The notes beneath the pieces are model-generated. The model was not told where the DNA came from. It did no database searches and worked only from the letters and a program-made list of their open reading frames with translations. A DNA stretch of 63,936 nucleotides, the filler included, from an uncultured bacterium (GTDB taxonomy: Bacteria > CAYJRR01): the NCBI GenBank assembly GCA_964372275.1. It is 3 parts of 3 records of this genome, joined end to end, with 100 filler letters (N's around TTAATTAATTAA, not from the genome) between each part and the next. Parts side by side here need not be neighbours in the genome. Positions count along the whole stretch, not along the records: positions 24,836 to 49,405 come from CAYJRR010000070.1; 2 more parts are not named here. One strand, written 5' to 3'. Position numbers and translations under genes: made by a program. This document shows, piece after piece, positions 26,446-35,112 of this stretch; position 1 is the first letter of the stretch; the number at the start of each line of letters is the position of its first letter.

Positions 26446-28770
26446 ATGAGCGCCCAACCGATCGCCGATCCCCCGCCCGCGCCCGAGTTCCAACCGTTCG
26501 TCCCTCCCGAGGAGTCGATGCGGGAGCTTTCGATCCGGGGGCTGGTGATCGGATCGCTCCTGGGGATCGTCTTCGCCGCCTCGTCGGTCTACCTGGGCTT
26601 GAAGGTCGGGCTCACCGTCTCGGCCTCGATCCCGGTCGCCGTTCTGTCGATCACCCTCTTCAAATGGGCGGCGAAGGCGTTCCGCTTCCAGCCGGCCACG
26701 ATCTTGGAGAACAACATCGTGCAGACGACCGGCTCGGCCGGCGAGTCGATCGCCGCCGGGGTCGCCTTCACCCTCCCGTCGCTCTTGCTGATGGGCTTCG
26801 ACATGGAGCTGTCGAGGATCCTGCTGGTGGCGCTCCTCGGGGGCCTCATCGGCGTGCTGATGATGATCCCGCTCCGCCACGGTCTGATCGTGAAGGAGCA
26901 TGGGAAGCTGATGTACCCCGAGGGGACCGCCTGCGCCGACGTGCTGATCGTCGGCGAGAAGGGGGGGACGAGCGCCAAGACCGTCTTCCTCGGCTTCTTC
27001 ATCGGGCTCGGCTACGCGGTGCTCAACCTGATCGCCAAGCTGTGGGCCGACACCGCCGCCTTCGCCGTCTCCTTCTGGGGGAAGCTCAAGGGGGCGACGC
27101 TCGCCTTCGAGGTGTCGCCTCCGATGTTGGGGGTCGGCTACATCATCGGCCCCAAGGTCGCGGCCAACATGATGGCCGGCGGCTCGCTCGCCTTCCTGAT
27201 CCTGATCCCGCTGATCCACCTGTTCGGCGATTCAATGCCGACGCCGATGTACCCCGAGACCCGACTCCGGATCGCGGAGATGAGCGGCGGCCAGATCCGC
27301 AACGCCTACATCCTCTACATCGGCGCCGGCGCGGTCGCGACCGGCGGCTTCATCGCCCTGGCGCGCGCCATCCCGACGATCCTCTCCGCCTTCGCCGGGG
27401 GGCTGACGAGCCTGCGCGCCCGGGGCGGCGGCCTGGCCGTCCGGCGCACCGAGCAGGACCTGCCGATCACGGTGGTGATCGGAGGCAGCCTCGCCATCGC
27501 GGTCGGCATCTGGCTGGCGCCGGTCCTCGAGATCAACGTCTTCTCGGCCTTCCTGATCGTCCTGTTCGGCTTCTTCTTCGTCACCGTCTCCAGCCGCATC
27601 ACGGGCGAGATCGGCTCGTCGTCGAACCCGATCTCGGGCATGACGGTCGCGACCCTCCTGATCACCTGCGGGCTGTTCGTGCTGATGGGCTGGACCGGCG
27701 TCGGCTTCAAGGCGATGGCGTTGTCGACGGCGGCGCTGGTTTGCGTCGCGGCGTCGAACGGCGGCACGATCTCCCAGGACCTGAAGACCGGACACCTGGT
27801 CGGCGGCACGCCGAAGCTCCAGCAGATCGCGATCCTGGTCGGCGTCGTCACCAGCGCGATCGTGATCGGGTACGTCCTCAAGCTCCTGAACCAGGGGAAC
27901 GTCACCTACAAGCCGGTGGAGTACCCGTCCTACGTCCCGGCGGCGGCCGACGGCGGAACGGCGGAGCGGATGCGGGGACCGGACGGCGAGACCTACGGCG
28001 TCTCCTACATCCGCGAGGACGTGGGGGAGGTGCCGCGCGGCAAATACCTCGTCGACGACGCGGGCGGCCTGCGCTTCCTGGTCGATCCGGGCGTCTGCGG
28101 AACCTATCCGTGGAAGCTGGAGCCGGCGACCGGAGCTCCGCTTCCCGTTCCGGCCGACGCGGCGACGGAGCTGGGGATCGACCGGAAACCCTACAAGGTC
28201 GTCACGCTCACCGAGGCGGCGGGCGGGACCGAAGCCGGGCGCTACCTGGTCCACGACGACGGCCGCGCCGCCTACGTCGCACGTCCGGTCTCCAAGTTCG
28301 ACGCGCCGAAGGCGCAACTGTTCCGACTGATCATCGACGGAACGCTCGGCGGAAAGCTCCCCTGGGGGCTGGTTCTGGTCGGCGTCTTCCTCGCCTTCAT
28401 GATGGAGCTGGTCGGCGTCGCCGCCCTCCCCTTCGCCGTCGGCCTGTACCTTCCGATCTCCACCTCCGCCGGGATCTTCGTCGGCGGGATCGTCCGCTGG
28501 CTCGTCGACCGCAAGGCCGGCACCAAGGCTGCGGAGGCGGAGTTCTCCCCGGGAATGCTGATGGCATCGGGGCTGATCGCCGGCGGGGCGATCGCCGGAG
28601 TCCTGCAGTCGGTGATCGCCTTCAAGGAGATGGACGCCTCCTTCGACCTGAGCCGGTGGATCGGAGGACTGGCGCACAACGAGAGCTGGTGGCCGCTCAC
28701 GCCGTTCCTGGCAATGGCCGCCGCGCTCTATGTCGTCGGCACGCGCAAGGACCGGTCCGACGCGGCGTAG
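26446..28770 (+). CDS. OPT family oligopeptide transporter
   Basis: YLGLKVGLTVSASIP, ENNIVQT, YPEGTAC, GSSSNPISGM, SQDLKTG, FAVGLYLP. Confidence 0.93.
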   Translation: MSAQPIADPPPAPEFQPFVPPEESMRELSIRGLVIGSLLGIVFAASSVYLGLKVGLTVSASIPVAVLSITLFKWAAKAFRFQPATILENNIVQTTGSAGESIAAGVAFTLPSLLLMGFDMELSRILLVALLGGLIGVLMMIPLRHGLIVKEHGKLMYPEGTACADVLIVGEKGGTSAKTVFLGFFIGLGYAVLNLIAKLWADTAAFAVSFWGKLKGATLAFEVSPPMLGVGYIIGPKVAANMMAGGSLAFLILIPLIHLFGDSMPTPMYPETRLRIAEMSGGQIRNAYILYIGAGAVATGGFIALARAIPTILSAFAGGLTSLRARGGGLAVRRTEQDLPITVVIGGSLAIAVGIWLAPVLEINVFSAFLIVLFGFFFVTVSSRITGEIGSSSNPISGMTVATLLITCGLFVLMGWTGVGFKAMALSTAALVCVAASNGGTISQDLKTGHLVGGTPKLQQIAILVGVVTSAIVIGYVLKLLNQGNVTYKPVEYPSYVPAAADGGTAERMRGPDGETYGVSYIREDVGEVPRGKYLVDDAGGLRFLVDPGVCGTYPWKLEPATGAPLPVPADAATELGIDRKPYKVVTLTEAAGGTEAGRYLVHDDGRAAYVARPVSKFDAPKAQLFRLIIDGTLGGKLPWGLVLVGVFLAFMMELVGVAALPFAVGLYLPISTSAGIFVGGIVRWLVDRKAGTKAAEAEFSPGMLMASGLIAGGAIAGVLQSVIAFKEMDASFDLSRWIGGLAHNESWWPLTPFLAMAAALYVVGTRKDRSDAA

Positions 28771-28800
28771 GGCGTTCATCCCGCAGGGGCCGGCGACGAT

Positions 28801-29499
28801 TCACGGCGGCGGCGGGGCGCTGCGGTACTCCGCGTCGACGGCCGCCCGGACCGCGCGATCGGCGCGCGCGCGGCAGTCGGGGCAGAAGAGCGGTCCCTTC
28901 CGGTCGCTGTCGGCGATGGTGCTGGAGAAGAACATGACGCAGGTCCGGCTCGGACAGTGCGCGAGTCCGAGCAGGTGCCCCACCTCGTGCACTCCTTCGA
29001 TCGCGGCGCGCCGCTGGAACAGCAGCGGCTCGTGCGGTCGGCCGTAGAAGGCCGGATAGAGCCTCGCCAGCGAGATCACCGCCGCGCCGCGGGCCGGATC
29101 GGCCTGTCCGAAAACGAACGACAGACCGGGCGCGTACAGGTCCGAATTGGCGACCCCCAGCACCAGCGCCTCGGTCCGGTCGCCGCCGGAGCGACGCCGG
29201 TGCTCCTGCAAGGCGTGCAGGACGCGCGGCGCCAGGAACTGTCCTCGATGCGCGTCGAATGCGGGGTCCGGGAGGACCAGCCGGTCCTCCCAGACGCCGG
29301 CCGGGAGGCCCAGGATCTCCGAGAGGTCCCCGAGCAGTGTCGGCAAGGTCGCCGACGGGGCGTCCCCGACCGGAACGATCCGCAGCGGCGCAGCCCGGGC
29401 CATCTCGTCCAACGACGATGGCCCCGTCGCCCGCGTCCGCAACCGGACGCCGCCTGCAGCCGGCCGGCCGGACGCCGACCCGCCCGCGGCCGGCGTCAT
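28801..29499 (-). CDS. Archaemetzincin (peptidase M54) Zn metalloprotease
   Basis: HEVGHLLGLAHC..CVM...FCPDC; DLYAPGLSFVFGQA; start may be ATG 29403. Confidence 0.9.
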   Translation of the reverse strand: MTPAAGGSASGRPAAGGVRLRTRATGPSSLDEMARAAPLRIVPVGDAPSATLPTLLGDLSEILGLPAGVWEDRLVLPDPAFDAHRGQFLAPRVLHALQEHRRRSGGDRTEALVLGVANSDLYAPGLSFVFGQADPARGAAVISLARLYPAFYGRPHEPLLFQRRAAIEGVHEVGHLLGLAHCPSRTCVMFFSSTIADSDRKGPLFCPDCRARADRAVRAAVDAEYRSAPPPP

Positions 29500-31031
29500 C
29501 GTCGGACGCGGCGGTAGATGCGAAGCGGACCGACGTCCGTCGCCTCGAACCCGTCATGGAAGTGACGGCGGATGCGATCGGGGATGCGGATCTGTTCGTC
29601 CTCGCGAAGGGTGACGCCGACGTCGACCTCCGCCCGCTCGAACGCCGCGAGCATCTCCGACGCGCCGGGCCTCCCTTCGTCGCAATAGGCGTCCCAGACG
29701 ACCGGGAGGCCGCGCGGCGGCGGCAGGCCGAACGCCGGGTAGGCGAACGCCAGCCGCGGATTGACGAAGACGCGCGAGCCGCCTCCATTCGCGAGGACCG
29801 GCGCCAACAGTTCCAGCACCTCGCGGTGCGCGGGACCGGTGCGCAGCCCGCGGAAGAACGGCGGCGCCGACAGCCGCGCGAGCCCCCGCTCCTCGTAGAA
29901 CCGCCCGCCGCCGGCCGCGGCGACCCGGGAACGGACCGCCGCGCCCCAGATCCCGTGCAGCGCCAACGACGCCAGCAGGATCCCGGTCGCGAATCGCGCG
30001 CGCCCTTCGCGAAGGTCCCGCACCATTCCGTCGCCGGTCGCGTCCGGGCCCGCCGCCGGCGCCGGGGCGACTAGACGTCGCAACGCCGCGCCGATCGCGA
30101 TCGGCACGGCGTCGACCATCGCCATCTCCCGGTTGGTCAGGAAGCCGGCGCCGGCGGTGGCGACCGCGGCCAGGAACAGACCGGTGAAGGCCCGGCCGTC
30201 CCGGTCGAACCGGAGCGGCCACGCGCCGACGAGAACCAAGGGGATCGCCTGCGCCGCGGTGGCGAGGAGCTCCCCCCGGTCGTTGCGCATCGCGATCGAC
30301 GACAACGCAAGCGAGTCCGAGAAGCGCCCGCTCTCGAGGCCGTAGCAGGCCAGGACCGACCGGGGGTCGATCCCGGCCGCCGCCAGGATCGCCAGCGAGC
30401 CGACGACCGCCCCCGCCACCCCGACGAGCGCCGCCGACCGCGTCCGGGGCATCGCGGCGAGCGATAGGGCGCTGCCTGCGAACAGGACGGCGGCGACGTT
30501 GACCTTGGCGAGCAGGAGGAGCGCACCGGTGGACGCGAACAGCAGGCGATGGAGGCGATCGGACGGCTCACGCGCGAGCAGGAACGACGTGCTGAGGAAC
30601 AGCGCCCCGAGGACCGAGGTCGCGGCGTTGTACCACCAGAACGACGTCAGCAGCGTGGTCGTCGCCTGGGTGGCGAGAGCGATCGAGAGGACCCATCCCG
30701 CGCCGAGACGCAGCCTCGACAGGATCGCGACGTGGGCCAGGAAGGTCGAGGCCGCGAAGATCGCGGCGACGATGACCAGCGAGCTCCACGACACGCCGAA
30801 CAGTTCGAAGGCCGCCCCCGCGGGGAGGACGAAGATCGGCGGCATGGCGGTGACGACCTCGGCATACGGCCGCTCGCCGAGGTGCAGCCGCCACGCGAGC
30901 GCCGTGAGCGGACCGGCGTCGGCGGCGGGGAAGCGGTCGTGCCCGAGGTAGAGGATCGCGCCGGCGAGGACGGCGGCGCACGCAAGCGACGCCGCGACGA
31001 AACCGCATTCACTCGCGGACGCGGCGACCAA
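29496..31031 (-). CDS. Multi-pass membrane protein, possible GT-C glycosyltransferase
   Basis: DAG..AWRLHLGERPYAE...MPP N-terminal loop, WWYN, LLAKVN, about 11 hydrophobic segments; start uncertain. Confidence 0.55.
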   Translation of the reverse strand: MVAASASECGFVAASLACAAVLAGAILYLGHDRFPAADAGPLTALAWRLHLGERPYAEVVTAMPPIFVLPAGAAFELFGVSWSSLVIVAAIFAASTFLAHVAILSRLRLGAGWVLSIALATQATTTLLTSFWWYNAATSVLGALFLSTSFLLAREPSDRLHRLLFASTGALLLLAKVNVAAVLFAGSALSLAAMPRTRSAALVGVAGAVVGSLAILAAAGIDPRSVLACYGLESGRFSDSLALSSIAMRNDRGELLATAAQAIPLVLVGAWPLRFDRDGRAFTGLFLAAVATAGAGFLTNREMAMVDAVPIAIGAALRRLVAPAPAAGPDATGDGMVRDLREGRARFATGILLASLALHGIWGAAVRSRVAAAGGGRFYEERGLARLSAPPFFRGLRTGPAHREVLELLAPVLANGGGSRVFVNPRLAFAYPAFGLPPPRGLPVVWDAYCDEGRPGASEMLAAFERAEVDVGVTLREDEQIRIPDRIRRHFHDGFEATDVGPLRIYRRVRR

Positions 31032-31070
31032 CGTCCTCCGGCGGGCGGCGGCTGCACGAAGAGAACGGAG

Positions 31071-31162
31071 AATGGAAAATGGAAAATGGAAAGCCGGCAA
31101 ACGGCGGCCTCTCTCGGTCCCTCATTTTCCATTCACCATTTTCCATTTTCCATTTTCCATTT
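31071..31162. repeat. Inverted heptamer tandem repeats (AAAATGG)n ... (CCATTTT)n
   Basis: aatggaaaatggaaaatggaaa at 31071-31092 and cattttccattcaccattttccattttccattttccattt at 31123-31162. Confidence 0.88.
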
Positions 31163-31222
31163 GCAGTTCGCCCTTTCACTTCGCAGTTCCCTCTTCCCCC
31201 CTCGCCCGCTATCTTCCCCGCC

Positions 31223-32419
31223 GTGAAGGCCGCCATGAAGGAACCGGAGCCGATCTCCCGCTCGCGTCGCGTCTCGCGCCGGGTGCGGAACCTGGTGCAG
31301 AGCGACATCCGGCGGATGAGCCGCGAGTGCGATGCCGTCGGCGGGATCAACCTCGGCCAGGGGATCTGCGACCTGCCGACGCCCCCCGCGGTGGCCGCCG
31401 CCGCCAAGCGTGCCATCGACGAGCGCAAGTCGACCTACAGCCGCTACGAAGGGGTCGACGCGCTGCGACAGGCGATCGCCATGAAGCTCGCCCGCGACAA
31501 CGGCATGACCGGGATCGACCCGGAGACGCAGATCGTGGTGACGGTCGGATCGACGGGCGCCTTCGCCTCGGTCTGCGCCGCGCTGTTCGACCCGGGCGAC
31601 GAGGTGATCCTGTTCGAGCCCTACTACGGCTACCACCTCAACACCCTGCTCGTCGCGGAGGTGACGCCGCGTTTCGTCCCCCTCGGACTCCCGACTTGGC
31701 AGATCGACGTCCGGGCGCTCGAGGCGGCGATTGGGCCGAAGACGCGCGCCATCGTCGTCTGCACCCCCTCCAACCCGTGCGGGAAGGTGTGGACGAAGGA
31801 GGAGATCGCCGCGGTCGGGGCGCTCTGCGAGAAGCACGACCTCCTGCTCGTCACCGACGAGATCTACGAGTACATCGTCTTCGACGGACGCGCGCACGTG
31901 CCACCGGCGACGGTCGGCGATCTCCGCCACCGGACGATCACGATGGGGGGGTTCTCCAAGACCTTCAGCATCACCGGCTGGCGGATCGGCTACCTGGTCG
32001 CCCCGCCGGAGCTGGCGAAGACGATCGGCCTGGTGAACGACCTGCACTACGTCTGCGCGCCGACGCCGCTGCAACTCGGGGTGGCGGAGGGGATCCGCCA
32101 GATCGGACCCGACTACTACCGCGATCTCGCGCGGAGCTACCAGTCGCTGCGCGATCGGATCGTCGCCTCGCTCACCCAGGCCGGGTTCGTCCCCTACGCG
32201 CCGCAGGGGGCGTACTACCTGCTCGCCGACTTCCAGAAGCTCGGGTGGCCGGACGCCAAGACGGCGGCGGCGGAGATCCTGCGTCGCGCGCGGATCGCCT
32301 CGGTGCCGGGGACCGCCTTCTACCAAAGCCCGATCGGGGAGACGATGGTCCGCTTCTGCTTCGCCAAGGACGACGCGGTCCTCGACGAGGCGTGCCGGCG
32401 GATCGAATCGCTGGCGTAA
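31223..32419 (+). CDS. Class I PLP aminotransferase, probable methionine-salvage transaminase (MtnE/YbdL-like)
   Basis: INLGQG, PSNPCGKV, TDEIYE, GFSKTFSITGWRIG, VRFCFAK; leads mtnW-mtnB; start GTG 31223 or ATG 31235. Confidence 0.85.
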   Translation: MKAAMKEPEPISRSRRVSRRVRNLVQSDIRRMSRECDAVGGINLGQGICDLPTPPAVAAAAKRAIDERKSTYSRYEGVDALRQAIAMKLARDNGMTGIDPETQIVVTVGSTGAFASVCAALFDPGDEVILFEPYYGYHLNTLLVAEVTPRFVPLGLPTWQIDVRALEAAIGPKTRAIVVCTPSNPCGKVWTKEEIAAVGALCEKHDLLLVTDEIYEYIVFDGRAHVPPATVGDLRHRTITMGGFSKTFSITGWRIGYLVAPPELAKTIGLVNDLHYVCAPTPLQLGVAEGIRQIGPDYYRDLARSYQSLRDRIVASLTQAGFVPYAPQGAYYLLADFQKLGWPDAKTAAAEILRRARIASVPGTAFYQSPIGETMVRFCFAKDDAVLDEACRRIESLA

Positions 32420-32437
32420 GCGCGTTTGGGGAGCGAC

Positions 32438-33754
32438 ATGCCGTACGACCTCACCGTCTTCCAAAACCCGGAGGCTTCTGGCGACTCGGAGCTCGTCGTC
32501 GCCACCTACTACCTCGAGACCGACAGTCCCGACCTGGTGAAGAAGGCCGGGGAGATCGCCGTCGGGCAGACGACCGGCGGCTGGGTCGACCTGCCGCGCG
32601 CCGACCGCGAATTGATGGAGCGCGTCGTGGGCCGCGTGCTCGCCGTCCACGAGATCCCCCCGGACGAGACCCGTGCGGGTTCGGGGGGGGGCCTCGCCCC
32701 CCGAGGGGAGGCGGCCGGGGGCCCGACGGGCAACCCACGCCGGACGGCCATCTTCCGCATCGGCTTCCCGGCCGCGAACGTGGCGGGGGATCTGGGGGCG
32801 CTGCTGGTCGCCGTCTACGGGAAGGTGTCGCTCGACGGCGCGATCAAGCTGATCGACCTGGAGATCCCGCCCTCGCTGGCGAAGCGCCTCCCCGGCCCGC
32901 GTCACGGGATCCAGGGGATCCGGCGGACGCTCGGCCCCGGCGCCGAGACGCGGCCGCTGCTGATGTCGATCTTCAAGCCGGCGCTGGGCTTGAAGCCCGA
33001 GGCGCTCGCCGAGATGCTGGGCGAGCAGGCGTCGGCCGGGGTCGACCTGGTCAAGGACGACGAGGTTCTCGTCGACGAGACGGTCGACACGGCGCTCCGT
33101 CGACTGGAGCTCGGCCTGAAGGCGGTGGACCGGGCCAAGACCGGCCGCACGCACCTCTACGCGGTGCACCTCAACGGACCGGCGGAGGAGCTCCTGCCGC
33201 GCGCGCGTCGCCTGTCGAAGGCCGGCGCCGGCTGCCTCCTGTTCAACGCGCTCGCCTACGGGATCCCGACCCTCTGCAGCCTGGCCCGCGATCCGGAGGT
33301 GACGGCGCCGCTGATGGCGCACCCGGCGCTCGGCGGCGGGATCGCGATGGAGCCGACGCACGGAATCGCCGCGCATCTGGTGATGGGGAAGCTCCTGCGC
33401 CTGGCCGGCGCGGACCTGGTGCTCTACCCCAGCCCCTACGGAAGCGTGGCGTTGCGCCGGGAGAGCGCGCTCAAGCTCGCCTTCGCGTTGACCCGGCCGC
33501 TGTTCGGCTTGAAACCCGCCTTTCCCGTCCCGTCGGCGGGGATCACCCCCTCGCTCGTGCCGCAGCTGCTCGCCGACCACGGCCACGACGTGGTGGTGAA
33601 CGCCGGCGGCGCCGTGCACGGCCATCCGGACGGCGCCCGCGCCGGCGCCGAGGCGTTCCGGCAGGCGATCCGCGCCGCGCTGGAGAAGATCCCGCTCACC
33701 GCCGCCGCCGACACGTCGCCGGCCCTCAAGAAGGCGCTGGAGATCTGGAAGTGA
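32438..33754 (+). CDS. mtnW: RuBisCO-like protein (form IV, YkrW type), DK-MTP-1-P enolase
   Basis: IAVGQTTGGW, VYGKVSL, MSIFKP, GVDLVKDDE, MAHPA, RLAGAD, PSAGI, NAGGAVHGHPDG; next to mtnB. Confidence 0.88.
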   Translation: MPYDLTVFQNPEASGDSELVVATYYLETDSPDLVKKAGEIAVGQTTGGWVDLPRADRELMERVVGRVLAVHEIPPDETRAGSGGGLAPRGEAAGGPTGNPRRTAIFRIGFPAANVAGDLGALLVAVYGKVSLDGAIKLIDLEIPPSLAKRLPGPRHGIQGIRRTLGPGAETRPLLMSIFKPALGLKPEALAEMLGEQASAGVDLVKDDEVLVDETVDTALRRLELGLKAVDRAKTGRTHLYAVHLNGPAEELLPRARRLSKAGAGCLLFNALAYGIPTLCSLARDPEVTAPLMAHPALGGGIAMEPTHGIAAHLVMGKLLRLAGADLVLYPSPYGSVALRRESALKLAFALTRPLFGLKPAFPVPSAGITPSLVPQLLADHGHDVVVNAGGAVHGHPDGARAGAEAFRQAIRAALEKIPLTAAADTSPALKKALEIWK

Positions 33755-34401
33755 CCCGGCGCGCGGCGCCGACCCGCGCCGTCCCCGGTTGGGCCGCCGC
33801 CGGCAAAGTGCTCGCCGCGGAGGCCCGGCGGTTCGCCGCGCGCGGGTGGATGCTCGGCACCGCCGGGAACCTCTCGGTGCGCGCGCAGGCCGACCCGCTT
33901 CGCTTCTTCATCACCGCGTCGGGACGCGACAAGGGGGAGCTTCGGCCCGCCGACGTGGCGCTCGCGGGCGAGCAAGGAGAGCCGGTAGCCGACCCGCGCC
34001 GCCGCGGCGCCCCCCGCCCGTCGGCGGAGGCCGGCCTCCACGCGCGGGTCTATCGCGCGACCTCCGCCGGCGCCGTCTTCCACGTGCACACCGTTCCCGC
34101 GGTAATCGCCGCGGAGAGATTCTTGGCGAACGGCGCCGTGGAGCTCGTCGGCCTGGAGATGCTCAAGGGGATCGGCCGCCGGGCCGACGACGACCGGGTG
34201 CGGATCCCGATCCTCGCCAACCACCAGGAGATGCGCATCCTGGGGGACCGCTTCGAGGCGACCCACGAGCCCGGCACCCCGGGTTTCCTGGTCGCCAACC
34301 ACGGTCTCTACGCCTGGGGCCCCGACCCGACGGCCGCCCGCCACCGCGTCGAGATCTTCGAGTGGTTGTTTCAGTACTTGCTACACCAGCCTGGAAAATA
34401 A
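33751..34401 (+). CDS. mtnB: Methylthioribulose-1-phosphate dehydratase
   Basis: GWMLGTAGNLS, ITASGRDKG, PSAEAGLH, FHVHT, EMLKG, HGLYAWG; GTGA overlap with mtnW. Confidence 0.9.
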   Translation: MTRRAAPTRAVPGWAAAGKVLAAEARRFAARGWMLGTAGNLSVRAQADPLRFFITASGRDKGELRPADVALAGEQGEPVADPRRRGAPRPSAEAGLHARVYRATSAGAVFHVHTVPAVIAAERFLANGAVELVGLEMLKGIGRRADDDRVRIPILANHQEMRILGDRFEATHEPGTPGFLVANHGLYAWGPDPTAARHRVEIFEWLFQYLLHQPGK

Positions 34402-34430
34402 GAAGTCTTCGCGGCGAACCGGGCCCGGCT

Positions 34431-34964
34431 CTACACCGCGACCCGAGCCCCTTCGTCCTTGAACTGCGCCACCCACCCCTCCTTCGTCTTGAAGACGCGG
34501 ACGCAGGCGATCTGGCGATCGTCGCAGAGGGCGAACCAGTGCCAGGTGTTGGCGGGCACGACGATCAGGTCGCCGGGATGGACCTCGCACTCCAGCGGCC
34601 TTCCGTCTCGATCGCGGAAGTAGAAGGTGCCGCGGCCGGCGACCGTGAAGCGCACCTCGTCGTCGGTGTGGAAGTGCTCGCGCAGGAACGTGGCGAGCAT
34701 CCCGTCGAGGTTCGGGGTGTCCGGCGAGAGCGACACCATGTCGGCGGTGACGTAGCCGCGCCGCGCGATCAGCTCGTCGATCTCCGGCTTGTAGGCGGCG
34801 AGGATCGCCTGCTTCTCCTCGGCGGAAAGGGACTTCGCCGCGACCGTCTTCGGCACGCGATCGGTGCCCCACGCCGAGAACTCGATCCCCAGCGTCGCCA
34901 GGAAGGAACGGACCTGCCCCGGATCGGTGATCGTGCCGCCAGCCGCGGTGCGAATCTCTGCCAC
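34431..34964 (-). CDS. mtnD: Acireductone dioxygenase
   Basis: GYVTAD, FLREHFHTDDEVRF, GDLIVVPANTWHWF, RVF..EGW; GTG after GGAAGGAGG. Confidence 0.92.
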   Translation of the reverse strand: MAEIRTAAGGTITDPGQVRSFLATLGIEFSAWGTDRVPKTVAAKSLSAEEKQAILAAYKPEIDELIARRGYVTADMVSLSPDTPNLDGMLATFLREHFHTDDEVRFTVAGRGTFYFRDRDGRPLECEVHPGDLIVVPANTWHWFALCDDRQIACVRVFKTKEGWVAQFKDEGARVAV

Positions 34965-35112
34965 GTCGAAGACCTCCTTCCAACGCCCGGATCCACCCGG
35001 ACGCCGCAAAAACTAGCACGCGCGCCCCCGGCGTCAACGTCGGAGTCGCGACCGGCGCCGCTCCGCGTGACGGCGCCCCGCGTCGATGCCGCCGCCGCGG
35101 TAAGCTCGTGCC

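Noticed and set aside
32438-33754. RuBisCO for CO2 fixation
   Set aside because: Form IV features with mtnB/mtnD neighbours and no cbbS or prk indicate a methionine-salvage enolase
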